Source: an uncultured Nitrososphaerota archaeon
GTDB taxonomy: Archaea; Thermoproteota; Nitrososphaeria; Nitrososphaerales; CADDZS01
Direction: 5' to 3'
Assembly: GCA_963799845.1 (NCBI GenBank)
Contig: CAWCYI010000004.1
Span: forward strand, 1,312,001 to 1,376,000
Length of the DNA: 64,000 nucleotides
The notes beneath the pieces were generated by a model, which saw only the letters and a program-made list of their open reading frames with translations, was not told where the DNA came from and searched no databases. The stretch's first letter is position 1. Each line of letters starts with the position of its first letter. The translations under genes and the position numbers were made by a program. Positions 60,340-64,000 of this stretch are shown one piece after another.

Positions 60340-61113
60340 CTAGGGACGTTTCTTTATTCCGGCAGTACGGCCACCGTCTACGGCTATCGTGACGCCGGTC
60401 ACATATGACGCCTCGTCAGAAGCCAGGAAAGCTGCTACGGCCGCAATCTCTTTTGGTTCAGCAAGTCTCCCCATAGGCACTATACCTATCCATGCCTCCC
60501 TTTCCGCAGGAGTCATTGAAGCCTCCATGAATGATTTGAGCAGCGGAGTTGCAGTACCTCCGGGACAGATGCAATTTGCCCTAACATTCTTGGAGCCAAA
60601 GTCCTGGGCGACCGATTTTGTCAGAGCTATGATCCCGGCCTTTGATACTTCATAGGCGGTCTGGCTCACGGGCCCAGCTTCAATTCCCGAAGCGGAACCT
60701 GTGTTGATGATGGATCCGCCGCCACCGTTAATCATAACGGGAATTGCATACTTGCACCCAAGGAAGTAACTCTTCAGGTTTACGCGCATCACGCTGTCCC
60801 AATCTTCAAGAGATGTTTCCACGCAAGTACCTACGGGATTGATTCCGACATTGTTCATAAGAATATCGAGCTTCCCGTACTTCTGAACTGTATCAGCGAT
60901 CATATGATCCACTTCTCTGACCGATGTTACATCAGTATGAACATATCCCGCTCTTTTACCATGATTTGTAATATCTTCCACTACCTTGAGCCCAGCTTCA
61001 TCATTGATGTCAGCAATTACCACCGTCGCACCCTCGACAGCAAATTTGTGTGCGCAGGCTGTGCCGATTCCCGAAGATCCGCCAGTGATGATTGCTATTT
61101 TGCCAGTTAACAT
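60340..61113 (-). CDS. Short-chain dehydrogenase/reductase
   Basis: TGGSSGIG, NNVG, YEVSK, ICPG, AVDGG. Confidence 0.92.
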   Translation of the reverse strand: MLTGKIAIITGGSSGIGTACAHKFAVEGATVVIADINDEAGLKVVEDITNHGKRAGYVHTDVTSVREVDHMIADTVQKYGKLDILMNNVGINPVGTCVETSLEDWDSVMRVNLKSYFLGCKYAIPVMINGGGGSIINTGSASGIEAGPVSQTAYEVSKAGIIALTKSVAQDFGSKNVRANCICPGGTATPLLKSFMEASMTPAEREAWIGIVPMGRLAEPKEIAAVAAFLASDEASYVTGVTIAVDGGRTAGIKKRP

Positions 61114-61299
61114 GATGTCTGTGCATTACGCGGCTCTTTAAAAAATAAATCCCGTGTAAAGCCCGATTCCGTGAAGAGTCTTCGTTCCGACCCAAGATTC
61201 ACTGCTTTCTTGAAAAGACTGGACTCGAAGCTTAGTAAAGGGGTATCAAAACGCTCGATTGCTCCAAAATGCGAACCTTTGCTCTTTGCCTATTTGCAC

Positions 61300-61360
61300 A
61301 TTTTTACTAGTAAATTGGGGTTCAAATCCCACATCTCGTACTCGGGATTACGGCAAACCA
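61300..61360 (+). repeat. Palindromic intergenic repeat family, copy F
   Basis: ATTTTTACTAGTAAATTGGGGTTCAAATCCCACAT identical (35 nt) to 62961-62995. Confidence 0.9.
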
Positions 61361-61523
61361 GAATGGCAAAGACCATTAGTCATGAATCTTCCAATAAATA
61401 TCGCTACTGCGATGTGATCATGGTACCGAGTTTAATACCCTAAAATATCCACGTAAGCAACGGATAGATCCCTAGAATGGAGTTTTACATCCGAAATTCA
61501 AAATTTGAAGAGATAAGATTTCG

Positions 61524-61832
61524 ATGATGAACGAAGGTTATAGGCTATGCTCGGGATGCAATAGGGAGATAATGGTCTCATCCAGAGGTTTGTTTCTACC
61601 TCATAAAAACAAGAAAAAGAAAATTGTTTGTCCTATGTCTAGCAAAGCGCCTAATTATGACATATGTGATTTATGCGGAAAGAAAATTGCAAATCCTGAC
61701 AATAAAACAAGATATTGTTCAGAAGACTGTGAGAAAAGAGATTCTCGTCGTTCCTTAATGCCTGTTAATCAGGAGATCTCCAAAAGAAAAATCAAGGCGT
61801 TAAAATTTTCAAACCCTCTTTACTTTGACTGA
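61524..61832 (+). CDS. Small basic zinc-finger protein
   Basis: CSGC..H..C and CDLCG..YCSEDC; AT-rich. Confidence 0.55.
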   Translation: MMNEGYRLCSGCNREIMVSSRGLFLPHKNKKKKIVCPMSSKAPNYDICDLCGKKIANPDNKTRYCSEDCEKRDSRRSLMPVNQEISKRKIKALKFSNPLYFD

Positions 61833-61879
61833 GGGCTAAAGTCGTGGAGTAGGCCGGATTCTAACCTACTTCGATTCGA

Positions 61880-61936
61880 TATTTTACCAGTAAATTCGCG
61901 CTCTAATTTAGCCAAAAGTGGCGGGATTAGTAAAAA
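61880..61936 (+). repeat. Palindromic intergenic repeat family, degenerate copy G
   Basis: TATTTTACCAGTAAATT...GGGATTAGTAAAA. Confidence 0.65.
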
Positions 61937-62219
61937 GTGCTCTGAACTCGATATACGAAGTATCACGTTCGCTTGCTTCTTAGTCTTAAAATCGAGTCCC
62001 TAGATAATCGGACTTAGCGCCGCAGACTTTCTGGCTCGTACCTTCGATAGGCTTCGTAGTTTCGACGCTGGGAGTTAGTACGGCATGAATCTTACTCGCT
62101 TGAAGAAGTGCAGAATATCCTCGCTTGAGGAATTTCAGTAGTCAATATTCTTCTCTTAAAGCAGCGAAGGATATAATCAAAAAAATTGAAGAAGAGGCTC
62201 CAGCAAAGCCGGTGATATT

Positions 62220-62798
62220 ATGAGAAAAATTTTCTTGTATATGACAATGACCTTCGATGGTTGCATTTCAGCACCTAATGGGGAACTTGACTGGTTTGAC
62301 CCATCAAAAGCAGACAAAGAGATGCATGATGACATAATAGGGATAGTTAGCAGTGCTGACAGCTGGATGATGGGATATCCGACAGGTCCAGGCCTGATAG
62401 CTTACTGGAAAAATGTTGAGAACGAGGGAAGGGCTGACAAATGGGAAATGGAAATTGCCACGGCGGTAAACAAGTTACGAATAATCATAATTTCAAACAA
62501 ACCAGAAAAGTCCGTAAATAGTGCAGAACTTATCGTAGCAAAAAATGACAAGGAGCTAGTCGATGCGGTCATGAAAATAAAACAGAGCAACGGGGGCGAC
62601 ATATACGTACCTGGTGGTGTGCGCACCGCGCAGAACTTCTCAAGGGTTGGACTGATAGATGAATACATCATAATGGTGCATCCGGTCGCAATAGGAGAAG
62701 GCAAGCACCTGTTTACGAACGAGAAAAAACTAGAGCTGATGAACGTAAAGCCGTACAAATCTGGGGTAGTGCAGATGCGCTACCGTCCTCGAAGCTAG
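62220..62798 (+). CDS. Dihydrofolate reductase-like (RibD C-terminal) family protein
   Basis: MTFDGCI, DIYVPGG, GLIDEY, HPVAIGEGKHLF, SGVVQMRY. Confidence 0.9.
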   Translation: MRKIFLYMTMTFDGCISAPNGELDWFDPSKADKEMHDDIIGIVSSADSWMMGYPTGPGLIAYWKNVENEGRADKWEMEIATAVNKLRIIIISNKPEKSVNSAELIVAKNDKELVDAVMKIKQSNGGDIYVPGGVRTAQNFSRVGLIDEYIIMVHPVAIGEGKHLFTNEKKLELMNVKPYKSGVVQMRYRPRS

Positions 62799-62957
62799 TT
62801 ACCTTGTTGCAGTGTTCGCAACCGCAACCAATCCACTTCGGCATCATGTTCAACAGAGCGGAGGCATCTCCCATGAAGACCTGTCCGATAAAGATCGGTA
62901 GTGGCGTGTATCGATAGTCCGCTATTGAGCACATCTCTTGAAGATTTACAATCGGGT

Positions 62958-63026
62958 TGTATTTTTACTAGTAAATTGGGGTTCAAATCCCACATTCCGC
63001 CTATGGGATTTACTAGTAAAACCAAA
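62958..63026 (+). repeat. Palindromic intergenic repeat family, copy H (most intact)
   Basis: TTTTACTAGTAAAT-TGGGGTTCAAAT-CCCA-11 nt-TGGG-ATTTACTAGTAAAA. Confidence 0.9.
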
Positions 63027-63152
63027 GGTGTAGCTGAAGTTGTTCACACTGTCAGTAAACCAGGCGCAGACATCGCTTTAGGTTCTCTGCAGATACTAAC
63101 TTCTCTCCCTGTCTCAGTGTGCGGTCTGCGGAACATGATGGTCAGATAAAGC

Positions 63153-63888
63153 TTACTTCCACTTTGTCAATATCTCTTCTCGTTTGAAAGTGGATTTACT
63201 CACAAAAAAGAGAAGCAAATCAAAAAGCAGCACAACAACAGAAATGATCAGAAGAGTATCGATGTCGAGCGAAATAATCCCTTCCACCCCAGCAAGGAAG
63301 ACCCCCATGAATGGAATGAACATGAGGCTCCCGATCTGGTTTGCGCCTCGAACATCGTTGACCCGAGCCGATACAATTACTCCCAGTTCAATACTTAAGA
63401 TCGCTGCAAGCGGGGCTATCAGGATAAGCATCACCCCGGAATTCCAATTTGGGAAATAATAGTACGACAACAAATTGTAGGTCATGTAATCCGTTACTGC
63501 CATGAAGACAGAAGCTGCCGCCCAAATTGAAAGCATGGGTGGCAGAAATGCAGCGATGCCTTTTCCCAAGAGGATTTCATCATCCGTAATCGGAGCTGCA
63601 AGTAACGGTTCCAGGCTCTTCTCAATTTTTTCGCCCACAATGCTGTACGCCGCGATCGAGCTGGGAACGATTGCTGCCAAAACAACATAGAAGTAAGTAA
63701 GTGATTCGAGACCCAGTTGATAATTCGAGGAGATCCCCGAAGATTGCGCTATATCGCTCTTAACTACGAGTAAGAAACCGATTGACAGGAAGAAGGGAAA
63801 CAAAATTGTATAAAGAATAATACTCTTCTTTCTCCGGATCACTTTCAACTCCTTTTTCAGCTATCTTCCAAGGCATCCACATGCTCAT
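63153..63888 (-). CDS. ABC-2 type exporter permease, frameshift in A-run near 63855
   Basis: SIVGEK..KSLEPLLAAPI..EILLGK, SARVNDVRGANQ. Confidence 0.85.
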
Positions 63889-64000
63889 CATGCATCCTCC
63901 TTCACGAGCTTGAGATAAGCATCTTCCAAGGTACTGCCTAACACTGTGACAGTCTGGATGCGGCCTCCCGCCCCAATGATTGCGTTCACTATGTCAGGAT
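63888..64000 (-). CDS. C-terminus of ABC exporter ATP-binding subunit (partial, runs off window)
   Basis: ...IIGAGGRIQTV...STLEDAYLKLVKEDA*, stop overlaps the permease start. Confidence 0.7.
   Translation of the reverse strand, partial: PDIVNAIIGAGGRIQTVTVLGSTLEDAYLKLVKEDA

Noticed and set aside
61317-61334. GGGGTTCAAATCCCAC in repeat copies F and H resembles a tRNA T-arm
   Set aside because: No acceptor, D or anticodon arm around it, and copies A, E and G lack the motif; not called as tRNA.
61844-61870. GTGGAGTAGGCCGGATTCTAACC looks like a reversed tRNA 3' end (att remnant)
   Set aside because: The T-stem does not pair and no integrase is nearby; equally explained as a simple AGTAGG/CCTACT hairpin.
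59962-63026. Repeat copies as a CRISPR array
   Set aside because: Spacing is irregular (tens of bp to over 1 kb) with whole genes between copies; no cas genes in the window.
61171-63149. ORFs 61171-61443 and 62901-63149 share the peptide FTSKLGFKSHI
   Set aside because: The shared peptide is just the translation of the DNA repeat; the ORFs are probably spurious.

Overview
Archaeal chromosomal window. It has an Orc1/Cdc6 gene next to the PolD small subunit plus thermopsin and many acidophile-type genes, which suggests a basal, non-ammonia-oxidising Nitrososphaerota/Thaumarchaeota-like lineage (inference). 0-11 kb: secreted proteins and a replication origin (ORB boxes plus AT-rich segment) with cdc6, DP1 and a phosphohexomutase. 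11-47 kb: a large sugar-acid/sulfosugar catabolic region with an atypical SdhA/SdhB/TcuB-like oxidoreductase, Gfo/Idh/MocA, aldehyde dehydrogenase, KD(P)G-type aldolase, enolase-superfamily dehydratases, SuyAB-like sulfolactate sulfo-lyase, an Opp-type ABC importer and two GH116 glycosidases. 35.6-39.4 kb and 47-64 kb: small accessory genes and gene fragments. Main unexplained signal: a family of about 60-70 bp same-orientation imperfect hairpin repeats, each built on two TTTACTAGTAAA palindromes, that punctuate the accessory genes (about 8 copies). An IS1111-type element with a predicted bridge/seek RNA sits inside the palindrome of one copy. Many genes, including DP1, carry single indels that are most likely assembly errors. 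All protein calls are from motif recognition by eye; no database search was run.
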